The position numbers and the translations under genes are program-made. Below the pieces are notes generated by a model. It did not search any database, was not told the DNA's origin, and was given only the letters and a program-made list of their open reading frames with translations. 64,000 nt of DNA from an uncultured Actinomycetota bacterium (lineage in GTDB: Bacteria; Actinomycetota; Actinomycetes; Propionibacteriales; Nocardioidaceae), in assembly GCA_963842535.1 (NCBI GenBank), contig CAWJGP010000008.1, positions 26,190 through 90,189 of the forward strand, in the 5' to 3' direction. Positions 10,329 through 19,499 of the stretch are shown in pieces (position 1 is the stretch's first letter; each line of letters starts with the position of its first letter).

Positions 10329-10931
10329 TCACCCCGGCTTGACGGCGACCAGGCAGAACTCGTTGTAGACGAAGGCCCTTCCCGTCCAGCGCGGGAACGG
10401 AAAACTGAACCATGGTTGCGGTTCCAGCCCGACAGAGCGCGCGAGCTCAGCGAGGTCGTCGCCCGTGGTGAACACCACGTGCGTCGAGTCACTGGCATAG
10501 CCACGTTCCTGGGGACACACGAAGAACACCCTGCCGCCCGGGCGCAGGTAGGGCAGGTAGTCGCGCAGCAACGCGCGTGCGTCGGCGGCGGTCATGTGCT
10601 CGATCACGTGCGCCAGCAGGATGCCGTCGAAGGCATCGGGGACGCGCAGCTCGCTGGCCTCCCACTCGGCCACAGTCAGCGCTGTGACGCCGCGGTCACG
10701 GGCCACGGCGACCGCGTGGGTGTTGTGGTCGACGCCGACCGACCCGGGGTCGAGGGTCTCGAGGTTGCGACCGATCCCGCAGCCGACGTCGATCGTGCGG
10801 CCGAGGCGCTGGCGGCGGAGGTTCCAGCGGTACGGCGCCTGGACGTTCAGCGCCCGCTTCCACCACACCTGCTGCTTGGCCTGCAGCCTGCGCGCGTAGT
10901 CCTCACCCGAGGTGTCGCCGGGGACGGTCAT
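10329..10931 (-). CDS. Class I SAM-dependent methyltransferase
   Basis: IDVGCGIG (motif I), FDGILLAHVIEH, LRPGG. The ATG overlaps the acyl-CoA dehydrogenase stop (ATGA). Confidence 0.85.
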   Translation of the reverse strand: MTVPGDTSGEDYARRLQAKQQVWWKRALNVQAPYRWNLRRQRLGRTIDVGCGIGRNLETLDPGSVGVDHNTHAVAVARDRGVTALTVAEWEASELRVPDAFDGILLAHVIEHMTAADARALLRDYLPYLRPGGRVFFVCPQERGYASDSTHVVFTTGDDLAELARSVGLEPQPWFSFPFPRWTGRAFVYNEFCLVAVKPG

Positions 10932-12094
10932 TCGACGGGAAGACCAAGACCGCGTGCGATGAGCATGCGCTGGACCTCCGAGGTGCCCTCGCCGATCTCG
11001 AGGACCTTGGCGTCGCGGTAGAACCGGGCCACGGGGTACTCCTCCATGAAGCCGTAGCCCCCGAAGACCTGGGTGGCGATCCGGGTGGCCGTCACCGCCG
11101 ACTCGGTGGCGTAGAGCTTGGCGATCGCGGCAGCGTGCTTGAACTCCTTCATCGGCTTGCCGGCGTCCCTCATCCACGCGGCCCGGTAGGTCAGCTGCCG
11201 GCTCGCGGCGAGCATCACCTCCAGGTCGGCGATCTGGAAGGCCACCCCCTGCTTGCGCCCGATGGGCACTCCGAACGTGGTCCGCTCCCCGGCGTACTGC
11301 AGGCTCGCGTCCACGCACGCCTGGATGCAGCCGACTGCGAGGGCGGCGATGGCGACCCGGCCGTCATCGAGGATCGCGAGGAACTGGGCGAAGCCGCGGC
11401 CCCGCTCCCCCAGCAGGTTGGACTCGGGCACCCGGGCGTCGCTGAAGCTCAGCGGGTGGGTGTCCGAGGCGTGCCAGCCGAGCTTGTCGTAGGCCTTCTC
11501 GGCGGTGAAGCCCTCGGTTCCGCTGGGGACGATGATCGTGGAGACCTCGGCCTTGCCGTCCTCACGCTCGCCAGTCTTCGCGGTGACCGTCACCAGGCTG
11601 GTGATCTCCGAGCCCGAGTTGGTGATGAACTGCTTGCTGCCGTTGATCACCCACTCGCCGTCACGCAGCTCGGCCTTGGTCTTGGTGGCGCCCGCGTCGG
11701 AGCCGGCTCCGGGCTCGGTCAGGCCGAAGCCGGCCAGCTTGCGTCCCTCGACCAGGTCGGGCAGCCAGGTGTCCTTCTGCTCGTCGGTGCCGAAGGTCAG
11801 GATCGGGTTGATGCCGAGCCCGACAGCCGCCTCCAGGGTGATCCCCATCGACTGGTCGACCCGGCCGAGCTCCTCGATGGCGACGCACAGGCTGGTGAAG
11901 TCACCGTCGGCCCCGCCGTACTGCTCCGGTGCGTTCAGCCCGAACAGCCCCAGCTGGCCCATCTTCTGCACCACGTCGACCGGGAAATGGTGGTCCCGGT
12001 CCCACTGGGCTGCGTGCGGAGCGATCTCCTTCTCCGCGAAGTCGCGGACCGTACGACGGAACTGTTCGTGGTCCTCGGAGAGCTCGAAGGTCAT
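10928..12094 (-). CDS. Acyl-CoA dehydrogenase
   Basis: GFGLTEPGAGSDA, INGSKQFITN, KLGWHASDT, LDDGR, GGYGF, EIGEGTSEVQR. TATTGT lies 6 nt upstream of ATG 12094. Confidence 0.95.
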   Translation of the reverse strand: MTFELSEDHEQFRRTVRDFAEKEIAPHAAQWDRDHHFPVDVVQKMGQLGLFGLNAPEQYGGADGDFTSLCVAIEELGRVDQSMGITLEAAVGLGINPILTFGTDEQKDTWLPDLVEGRKLAGFGLTEPGAGSDAGATKTKAELRDGEWVINGSKQFITNSGSEITSLVTVTAKTGEREDGKAEVSTIIVPSGTEGFTAEKAYDKLGWHASDTHPLSFSDARVPESNLLGERGRGFAQFLAILDDGRVAIAALAVGCIQACVDASLQYAGERTTFGVPIGRKQGVAFQIADLEVMLAASRQLTYRAAWMRDAGKPMKEFKHAAAIAKLYATESAVTATRIATQVFGGYGFMEEYPVARFYRDAKVLEIGEGTSEVQRMLIARGLGLPVE

Positions 12095-12135
12095 GCCCAG
12101 ACAATACGACTCAGTTCGGGCTCTAGACTCGGGTG

Positions 12136-13108
12136 GTGACTTTGATGAGTTCAAAGGCGAGCTCGCTGTCGGATGTCACTTCTTCCGACTCAGCGCTGCG
12201 CCGATTCCTGCACGGGTTGCCCGGTGTCGACCAGGTGGGCGCCGAGCAGCGCGCCGCCGGCCTAGGGACCCGCTCCATCAAGACCTCGGCCAAGGAGTTC
12301 GCCATCGACCTGGCGATCCGGATGGTCGACCTCACCACCCTCGAGGGCGCCGACACGCCGGGCAAGGTGCGGGCACTGGCCTCCAAGGCGATGCGCCCGG
12401 ACCCGGCCGACCAGACCTGTCCCCAGGTGGCCGCCGTCTGCGTCTACCCCGACATGGTCCCCTACGCGAAGGAGACGCTCGGGCTCCTCCGGCGTACACA
12501 TCGCCTCGGTCGCCACCGCCTTCCCGAGCGGCCGTGCGGCGATGGACATCAAGCTCGCGGACGTCAAGGACGCGGTCGACGCCGGCGCCGACGAGATCGA
12601 CATGGTGATCGACCGCGGCGCCTTCCTGTCCGGGCGCTACATGGAGGTCTACGAGGAGATCGTCGCGGTCCGCGAGGCCTGCGCCCGTTCTGATGGAAGG
12701 GGGGCCCACCTGAAGGTGATCTTCGAGACCGGCGAACTGCAGACCTACGACAATGTACGACGCGCCAGCTGGCTCGCGATGATGGCCGGCGGCCACTTCA
12801 TCAAGACCTCCACCGGCAAGATCCAGCCCGCCGCGACGCTGCCAGTGACCCTGGTGATGCTCGAGGCGGTCCGGGACTACCGCGAGGCCACCGGACAGAT
12901 GGTCGGCGTGAAGCCGGCCGGCGGCATCCGCACCTCCAAGGACGCGATCAAGTACCTCGTGACCGTCAACGAGATCGCCGGCCCGGACTGGCTGGACCCC
13001 GACTGGTTCCGCTTCGGTGCCTCCACGCTGCTCAACGACCTGCTGATGCAGCGGACCAAGATGGCAGAAGGCCGCTACTCCGGCCCCGACTACTTCACCC
13101 TGGATTGA
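12136..13108 (+). CDS. deoC: Deoxyribose-phosphate aldolase, with an apparent +1 frameshift at 12481-12483
   Basis: Frame 1 has DLTTLEG and AAVCVYP. Frame 2 has SVATAFPSG, DEIDMVIDRG, KVIFETGEL, FIKTSTGK, KPAGGIR, RFGAS. Start is GTG 12136 (TAGACT 6 nt upstream) or ATG 12145. Confidence 0.9.
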
Positions 13109-13114
13109 TCACCG

Positions 13115-14552
13115 ATGGCCAAGAACACTTTCGAGTACGCACCGGCTCCCGAGTCCCGCTCGGTGGTCGACATCAAGTCCTCCTACGGGCTGTTCATCAA
13201 CGGCGAGTTCGTCGACGGCAGCGGTAAGTCGTTCAAGACGATCTCCCCCAGCACCGAGGAGGTGCTCGCCGAGGTCGCCGAGGCCGACCAGAGCGACGTC
13301 GACGCAGCGGTGAAGGCGGCCCGTCGCGCCTACACACGCGTGTGGTCGCGGATGAGCGGTGCCGAGCGCAGCAAGTACCTCTTCCGGATCGCCCGGATCA
13401 TCCAGGAGCGTGCGCGCGAGATCGCCGTGCTCGAGTCGATCGACAACGGCAAGCCGATCAAGGAGTCCCGCGACGTCGACATCCCGACAGCCGCGGCCCA
13501 CTTCTTCTACTACGCCGGTTGGGCCGACAAGCTCGAGCACGCAGGCTACGGACCGGACCCGCAGCCACTGGGCGTCGCCGGGCAGGTGATCCCGTGGAAC
13601 TTCCCGTTCCTGATGCTCGCCTGGAAGATCGCCCCCGCCCTGGCCACGGGGAACACCGTCGTACTCAAGCCGGCGGAGACGACGCCGCTGACCGCCCTGT
13701 TGTTCGCCGAGATCTGCCAGCAGGCCGACCTGCCGCCGGGAGTCGTCAACATCCTCACCGGCGCCGGCGCGACCGGGCAGGCGATCGTGTCCCACCCGGA
13801 TGTGGACAAGGTCGCGTTCACCGGTTCCACCGACGTCGGCCGGGCCATCGCCAAGGCAGTGGCCGGCTCGAAGAAGAAGGTCACCCTCGAGCTCGGCGGC
13901 AAGGCCGCCAACATCGTCTTCGACGACGCCCCGGTCGACCAGGCCGTCGAGGGGATCGTCAACGGCATCTTCTTCAACCAGGGCCACGTGTGTTGCGCAG
14001 GCTCGCGTCTGCTGGTGCAGGAGTCGGTCGCCGAGGACGTGCTCGACGCGCCTCAAGCGCCGGATGGGCACGCTGCGCGTGGGTGACCCCCTCGACAAGA
14101 ACACCGACATCGGTGCGATCAACAGTGCCGAGCAGCTCGCCAAGATCCGCGAGCTCTCCGACATCGGCGAGGCCGAGGGCGCCGGTCGCTGGTCACCCAA
14201 GTGCGACCTGCCCGACCACGGGTTCTGGTTCCCGCCGACGATCTTCACCGGCGTCACCGCCGCGCACCGGATCGCGCGCGAGGAGATCTTCGGCCCGGTC
14301 CTGTCGGTGATCACCTTCCGGACGCCGAAGGAGGCCGTCGAGAAGGCCAACAACACGCCGTACGGGCTCTCCGCGGGCATCTGGAGCGACAAGGGCTCGC
14401 GCACGCTGTGGATGGCCAGCCAGCTGCGGGCCGGCGTGGTGTGGTCCAACACGTTCAACCGGTTCGACCCGGCCAGCCCGTTCGGCGGCTACAAGGAGTC
14501 GGGCTACGGCCGCGAGGGCGGCCGCCACGGACTCGAGGGGTATCTGAAATGA
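13115..14552 (+). CDS. Aldehyde dehydrogenase catalytic chain, with an apparent +1 frameshift at 14051-14052
   Basis: IPWNFP, KPAE, FTGST, LELGGK, catalytic GHVCCAG, then in the next frame EEIFGPV and PFGGYKESGYGREGG. Confidence 0.9.
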
Positions 14553-15406
14553 CGAGGATCGACGTCAGGAAGACCTACAAGCTCTACATCGGCGGGGCCT
14601 TCCCCCGCTCGGAGTCGGGCCGCTCCTACGTCGTCAACGACGCCAAGGGCAGGTTCTGGGCCAACGCCTCGCATGCGTCCCGCAAGGACGCCCGTGACGC
14701 CGTGAAGGCGGCCAGGGCGGCCTTCGGAGGCTGGTCCTCGCGCACGGCGTACAACCGCGGCCAGGTGGTCTACCGGATCGCCGAGGTGCTCGAGGACCGT
14801 CGCGACCAGTTCGAGTCCGAGCTGCGCACTGCCGAGGGCGTCACGGCGGCGAAGGCGCGCACCTACGTGGACGCCTCGATCGACCGGTTGGTCTGGTACG
14901 CCGGATGGGCGGACAAGATCGCCCAGGTCACCGGCGGTGCCAACCAGGTCGCCGGGCCGTACTTCAACCACACCGCGCCCGAGCCCAGCGGCGTCATCGC
15001 CGTGGTCGCACCAGCCGGACCGCTGCTCGGGCTGGTCAGCGTCGTCGCGCCGGTCATCGTCACGGGCAACACCGCCGTGGTGATCGCGAGCGAGCCGCAC
15101 CCGCTGACCGCGATCACGCTCGCCGAGGTGATGGCCACCTCCGACGTCCCGGGCGGCGTGGTGAACATCCTGACCGGCCCGCAGGCCGAGATCGCCCCGT
15201 GGCTGGCATCGCACATGGACGTCAACGGCATCGACCTCACCGGCGTCGGCAACACCGAGCTCGCCCGCAAGCTCGAGGTGGACGCGGCCGAGAACCTCAA
15301 GCGGGTCCGCCGCGCCGGCCTCGAGGACCTGCTGGCGCCCCCGGAGCTGGACCGGATGACCCGGTTCCAGGAGGCCAAGACCGTCTGGCACCCGATCGGG
15401 GTCTGA
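14549..15406 (+). CDS. Truncated aldehyde dehydrogenase-like partner (NAD-binding fold only)
   Basis: KTYKLYIGG, YAGWADK, GNT, GVVNILTG, C-terminal KTVWHPIG. No catalytic Cys domain. ATGA overlap with the preceding gene. Confidence 0.85.
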   Translation: MTRIDVRKTYKLYIGGAFPRSESGRSYVVNDAKGRFWANASHASRKDARDAVKAARAAFGGWSSRTAYNRGQVVYRIAEVLEDRRDQFESELRTAEGVTAAKARTYVDASIDRLVWYAGWADKIAQVTGGANQVAGPYFNHTAPEPSGVIAVVAPAGPLLGLVSVVAPVIVTGNTAVVIASEPHPLTAITLAEVMATSDVPGGVVNILTGPQAEIAPWLASHMDVNGIDLTGVGNTELARKLEVDAAENLKRVRRAGLEDLLAPPELDRMTRFQEAKTVWHPIGV

Positions 15407-15490
15407 CCGCCACCGGGCGTCATACGAATCGTGGCCTTGAGCGCTCCGTCCGTATGACGTCCCGGGGAGCTGGCGTCCTAGTCTGGGTCG

Positions 15491-16105
15491 ATGCGCGCGA
15501 GGGTGATCGTCCTGGCCGGGCCCTCCGGTTCCGGCAAGTCGCACCTCGCCGACCGCCTGCGGCTACCCGTGCTCCGGCTGGACGACTTCTACAAGGACGG
15601 TGACGACCCGACCCTGCCGCACCTCGACCTGGCGGGTGGCGAGCCCATCGTCGACTGGGACCATCCCACGTCCTGGAACGCCGAGGACGCCGTGGCGGCG
15701 GTCGAGGAGCTGTGCCGGACGGGTTCGACCGACGCGCCGGTCTACGACATCGCGACGAGTGGACGGATCGGTCACCGGGTCCTGAACCTGACCGGCTCGG
15801 CGTACTTCGTGGCCGAGGGGATCTTCGCCCAGGAGATCGTCACCGAGTGCCGGCGTCGCGACCTGCTCGCGGACGCGGTGTGCGTGACCCAGCACCCCGT
15901 GGTCACGTTCGTACGCCGCCTCACCCGCGACCTGCGCGAGCACCGCAAGCCGCCGTTCTACCTGCTCCGCCGCGGCCTGCACCTGCTCATCGAGCAACGC
16001 GCCCTGGTCTCACGCGCGGAGCGGCTGGGCTGTCGCGTCGTCTCGCCCGACACCGCCTTCCGCGAGATCACCGGGCTGGTGCGGCTGGGCGCCACGCCCT
16101 CATAG
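15491..16105 (+). CDS. P-loop kinase, uridine-kinase-like
   Basis: Walker A GPSGSGKS, LDDFYKDG, PVYDI, EGIFA. TAGTCT lies 6 nt upstream. Confidence 0.75.
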   Translation: MRARVIVLAGPSGSGKSHLADRLRLPVLRLDDFYKDGDDPTLPHLDLAGGEPIVDWDHPTSWNAEDAVAAVEELCRTGSTDAPVYDIATSGRIGHRVLNLTGSAYFVAEGIFAQEIVTECRRRDLLADAVCVTQHPVVTFVRRLTRDLREHRKPPFYLLRRGLHLLIEQRALVSRAERLGCRVVSPDTAFREITGLVRLGATPS

Positions 16106-16116
16106 AGCCTGCGAGC

Positions 16117-16377
16117 TCAGCCCAGCGGCGCGAACAGGTCCACGGGGTTGCCGTCCCAGGCGTCCTTCAGCCCCTCCGCTCCCGCGTCAACGAGCTCGGC
16201 GTAGGCCGCGTCCACCTCCGCGGGCGACTCGCAGGCGAAGGCGATCGCCATCCGGTGGCCGCCGCTGGGCGGTGTCCAGGACTCGTGGAAGGACAGGATC
16301 GTGTCGCGGGTGTCGAAGGCGAGGGAGACAGCCATGTCGGCGACGACCATCTCGATGACTGCCGGTGTGAGCTTCAT
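16117..16377 (-). pseudogene. VOC/glyoxalase-family gene, probably internally deleted (86 aa)
   Basis: Keeps VVADMAVSLAF, WTPPSGGHRMAIAF.CESPAEVDAAYAEL and DGNPVDLFA, but lacks the segments this family normally has between them. Confidence 0.6.
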
Positions 16378-16496
16378 GCGGCTGACGCTAGTGAGTGGCT
16401 CAGGCGGCGTCTTGGACGGATCGGACACGTTCGCTGCGCAGCTCGGTCGACGTAGCCCGCCCACTGAGCCAACCTGCGACCAGGCACTGACAAGGG

Positions 16497-17615
16497 CTAG
16501 CGCAGCCCCAGCTCGGCGTACCCGGGCTTGATCACGTCGTCGATGATCCGCAGCCGCTGCTCGAAGTGCGAGAACGCCGACTTCATCGCGTTCACGGTCA
16601 CCCATCGGAGGTCGGCCAGGTCCCAGCCGAAGGCGTCGACCAGGGCAGTCATCTCGCGCGTCATCGAGGTGCCACTCATCAGCCGGTTGTCGGTGTTGAC
16701 CGTCACCCGGAACCGCTGCTGCGCCAACAGGCCGATCGGGTGCTCGGCGATGGACGCAGCGGCACCGGTCTGCACGTTGGAGTGCGGGCACAGCTCGAGC
16801 GGGATGCGCTTGTCGCGGACGTACTGCGCCAGCCGGCCGAGCCTCGGGGCGCCGTCGTCATCGATGGTGATGTCGTCGATGATGCGTACGCCGTGACCGA
16901 GACGGTCGGCGCCGCACCACTGGATCGCCTGCCAGATCGACGGCAGCCCGAACGCCTCGCCCGCGTGGATGGTGAAGTGGGCGTTCTCCCGCTGCAGGTA
17001 CTCGAACGCGTCGAGGTGCCGGGTGGGCGGGTAGCCCGCCTCCGCGCCCGCGATGTCGAAGCCGACCACGCCGTCGTCGCGATGCTGTACGGCGAGCTCG
17101 GCGATCTCCCGCGACCGTGCCTGGTGGCGCATCGCGGTGAGCAGCTGCTTGACGACGATGCCGCCCGGTGAGCCGTTGCTCGTTGAACCTGCCTGGGCCA
17201 TCCCCTCGTCGAAGCCGAGCTGGACCGCCTGGACCACTTCCTCGAGGGTGAGGCCGTCGTTCAGGTGCTGCTCGGGGGCGTAGCGGACCTCGGCGTAGAC
17301 CACGCCGTCGGCCGCCAGGTCCTCCACGCACTCGCGGGCCACGCGGGTGATGTGGTCGGCGCGCTGCATCACGGCCACCGTGTGGTCGAACGTCTCGAGG
17401 TAGCGCACCAGCGACCCGCTGTCGGCAGACTCGCGGAACCATCGCCCGAGGGAGTCCGCGTCGTCGGCAGGCAGCGTGTGACCGGCCTCGCGGGCGAGCT
17501 CCACGATCGTGGCGGGCCGCAGCCCTCCGTCGAGGTGATCGTGCAGCAGCACCTTGGGTACAACCCGAATGAGGTCCGGGTTCAGGTCCTGGGTGAGCGG
17601 GGTAGGTTCGGCCAC
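16497..17615 (-). CDS. add: Adenosine deaminase
   Basis: [53 protein letters not shown]. Start could be 17615 or 17627. Confidence 0.95.
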   Translation of the reverse strand: MAEPTPLTQDLNPDLIRVVPKVLLHDHLDGGLRPATIVELAREAGHTLPADDADSLGRWFRESADSGSLVRYLETFDHTVAVMQRADHITRVARECVEDLAADGVVYAEVRYAPEQHLNDGLTLEEVVQAVQLGFDEGMAQAGSTSNGSPGGIVVKQLLTAMRHQARSREIAELAVQHRDDGVVGFDIAGAEAGYPPTRHLDAFEYLQRENAHFTIHAGEAFGLPSIWQAIQWCGADRLGHGVRIIDDITIDDDGAPRLGRLAQYVRDKRIPLELCPHSNVQTGAAASIAEHPIGLLAQQRFRVTVNTDNRLMSGTSMTREMTALVDAFGWDLADLRWVTVNAMKSAFSHFEQRLRIIDDVIKPGYAELGLR

Positions 17616-17641
17616 GACTTCATCCAAGCAGAGGAGAGCGC

Positions 17642-18097
17642 ATGCGCGTGTTCAGCTCGTTCGAGGAGATCGAGAAAGCCGCCGGTGAGGAGATCGGTAC
17701 GACGGACTGGGTCGAGATCACGCAGGACCGCGTCGACAAGTTCGCCGATGCGACCGGTGACCACCAGTGGATCCATGTCGACGTGGAGAAGGCGAAGGAC
17801 GGCCCGTTCGGCGGCACCATCGCTCACGGCTACCTGACGCTTGCGCTGGTGCCGTGGCTGGGCAGCCAGGTGTTCTCGCTCGAGACGCCGGGCGCCAAGC
17901 TGAACTACGGCGTCAACAAGGTGCGCTTTCCCAACCCGGTTCGCGTCGGCTCACGGGTGCGCGCCAAGGTCGCGGTCGGCGAGGTCACCGACATCCCAGC
18001 TGGCAAGCAGCTGACGCTGAAGTACGTCGTCGAGATCGAGGACCAGGACAAGCCCGCCTGCGTGGCCGAGACCGTCGTACTGCTTCTAGAGGGCTGA
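17642..18097 (+). CDS. MaoC family dehydratase
   Basis: [33 protein letters not shown]. Confidence 0.92.
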   Translation: MRVFSSFEEIEKAAGEEIGTTDWVEITQDRVDKFADATGDHQWIHVDVEKAKDGPFGGTIAHGYLTLALVPWLGSQVFSLETPGAKLNYGVNKVRFPNPVRVGSRVRAKVAVGEVTDIPAGKQLTLKYVVEIEDQDKPACVAETVVLLLEG

Positions 18098-18151
18098 GCC
18101 TCAGCCGATTTCGACGATCCCGAGCCGAGGTCCAGGGCCTCGGGTCGCCGA

Positions 18152-18186
18152 ACATCCGACGACCATCTGCTCAAGTCGTGGGATGT
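18152..18186. terminator. Stem-loop between convergent maoC and deoA genes
   Basis: ACATCCGACGAC (18152-18163) and GTCGTGGGATGT (18175-18186) pair at 11 of 12 positions, with an 11-nt loop. Confidence 0.5.
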
Positions 18187-18206
18187 CTACCTCGACTGTA
18201 ACCGCA

Positions 18207-19499
18207 CTAGCTGATCCGGTCGAGAACGATCGGCGTCCTTTCGTACGCCGACCCCGCACCTGTTGGCGTCACGTCGTACCCACCCTCGAGGGACGCCAGC
18301 GCCCGCTCGAAACGCTCCGGTTCGTCGGTGTGCAGGGTCAGCAGCGGCTGACCTGACGTGACCTCGTCACCCGGGCGGGCGTGCCACTCGACACCGGCGC
18401 CCGCCTGGACCTCAGCGCCCTGCGTGGCGCGGCCGGCGCCCAGTCGCCAGGCGGCGAGACCCACGGCCATCGCGTCGAGCCTGGTGAGTACGCCGGAAGC
18501 CGGGGCCGTGACGACATGGGTCTCCTTCGCCGTCGGGAGCTCGGCAGCGGGATCCCCGCCCTGTGCCGCGATCATCCGTCGCCAGGCGTCCATCGCTCCG
18601 CCGGAGGCGAGCACCTCCCCAGGATCCAGATCGGTCCGTCCCGCCCCTTCCAGCATCTCCCGGGCCAGTGCGACGGTGAGCTCGACGACGTCGGCCGGTC
18701 CACCGCCGGCGAGGACCTCGACGGACTCGCGCACCTCCAGGGCGTTGCCTGCGGTGTAGCCGAGCGGGGTGGACATGTCGGTGAGCAGGGCGACCGTGCG
18801 GACGCCAGCGTCGTTGCCCAGCGCCACCATCGTCGAGGCCAGCTCACGCGCTCGTTCGAGGTCCTTCATGAAGGCGCCGGTGCCCACCTTCACGTCGAGC
18901 ACCAGCGCGCCGGTCCCCTCGGCGATCTTCTTGCTCATGATCGAGGATGCGATCAACGGGATCGCCTCGACGGTCCCGGTCACGTCACGCAGCGCGTAGA
19001 GCTTCTTGTCGGCCGGCGCCAGCCCCGACCCGGCCGCGCAGATGACCGCGCCCACGTCCTCGAGCTGGGCGAGCATCGCCTCGTTGGACAGCGCGGCCTG
19101 CCACCCGGGGATCGACTCCAGCTTGTCCAGCGTGCCGCCGGTGTGGCCCAGGCCGCGCCCCGAGAGCTGGGGTACGGCGACCCCGCACGCCGCGACCAGT
19201 GGCGCCAGCGGCAGCGTGATCTTGTCGCCGACCCCGCCGGTGGAGTGCTTGTCGGCGGTCGGCCGGGAGAGCGAGGAGAAGTCCATCCGCTCACCACTGG
19301 CGATCATCGCGTTGGTCCAGCCAGAGATCTCGCGGCGGTTCATCCCGTTGAGCAGGATGGCCATCGCGAGCGCGGACATCTGCTCGTCGGCCACCTCGCC
19401 CCGCGTGTAGGCGTCGATCACCCAGTCGATCTGGCTGTCGCTCAGCTCGGCTCCGTCGCGCTTGGCGATGATCACCTCGACTGCGTCGTGCGCTGCCAT
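18207..19499 (-). CDS. deoA: Thymidine (pyrimidine-nucleoside) phosphorylase
   Basis: DKHSTGGVGDK, SGRGLGHTGGTLDKLE, LYALRDVTGTV, SSIMSKK, DVKVGTGAFM. Confidence 0.96.
   Translation of the reverse strand: MAAHDAVEVIIAKRDGAELSDSQIDWVIDAYTRGEVADEQMSALAMAILLNGMNRREISGWTNAMIASGERMDFSSLSRPTADKHSTGGVGDKITLPLAPLVAACGVAVPQLSGRGLGHTGGTLDKLESIPGWQAALSNEAMLAQLEDVGAVICAAGSGLAPADKKLYALRDVTGTVEAIPLIASSIMSKKIAEGTGALVLDVKVGTGAFMKDLERARELASTMVALGNDAGVRTVALLTDMSTPLGYTAGNALEVRESVEVLAGGGPADVVELTVALAREMLEGAGRTDLDPGEVLASGGAMDAWRRMIAAQGGDPAAELPTAKETHVVTAPASGVLTRLDAMAVGLAAWRLGAGRATQGAEVQAGAGVEWHARPGDEVTSGQPLLTLHTDEPERFERALASLEGGYDVTPTGAGSAYERTPIVLDRIS

Noticed and set aside
12481-14052. Programmed frameshifting or phase variation in deoC and the ALDH gene
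   Set aside because: The runs are only 2-4 nt with no slippery heptamer or stimulatory structure. The same pattern in birA and the ABC ATPase favours sequencing error.
16117-16377. VOC remnant as the missing methylmalonyl-CoA epimerase
   Set aside because: It shares the fold class but lacks the metal-binding His/Glu pattern of the epimerase and resembles a different VOC subfamily.
16384-16496. Possible third repeat family between add and the VOC gene
   Set aside because: Only an 8-bp inverted match (TGGCTCAG/CTGAGCCA), with no second copy in the window.
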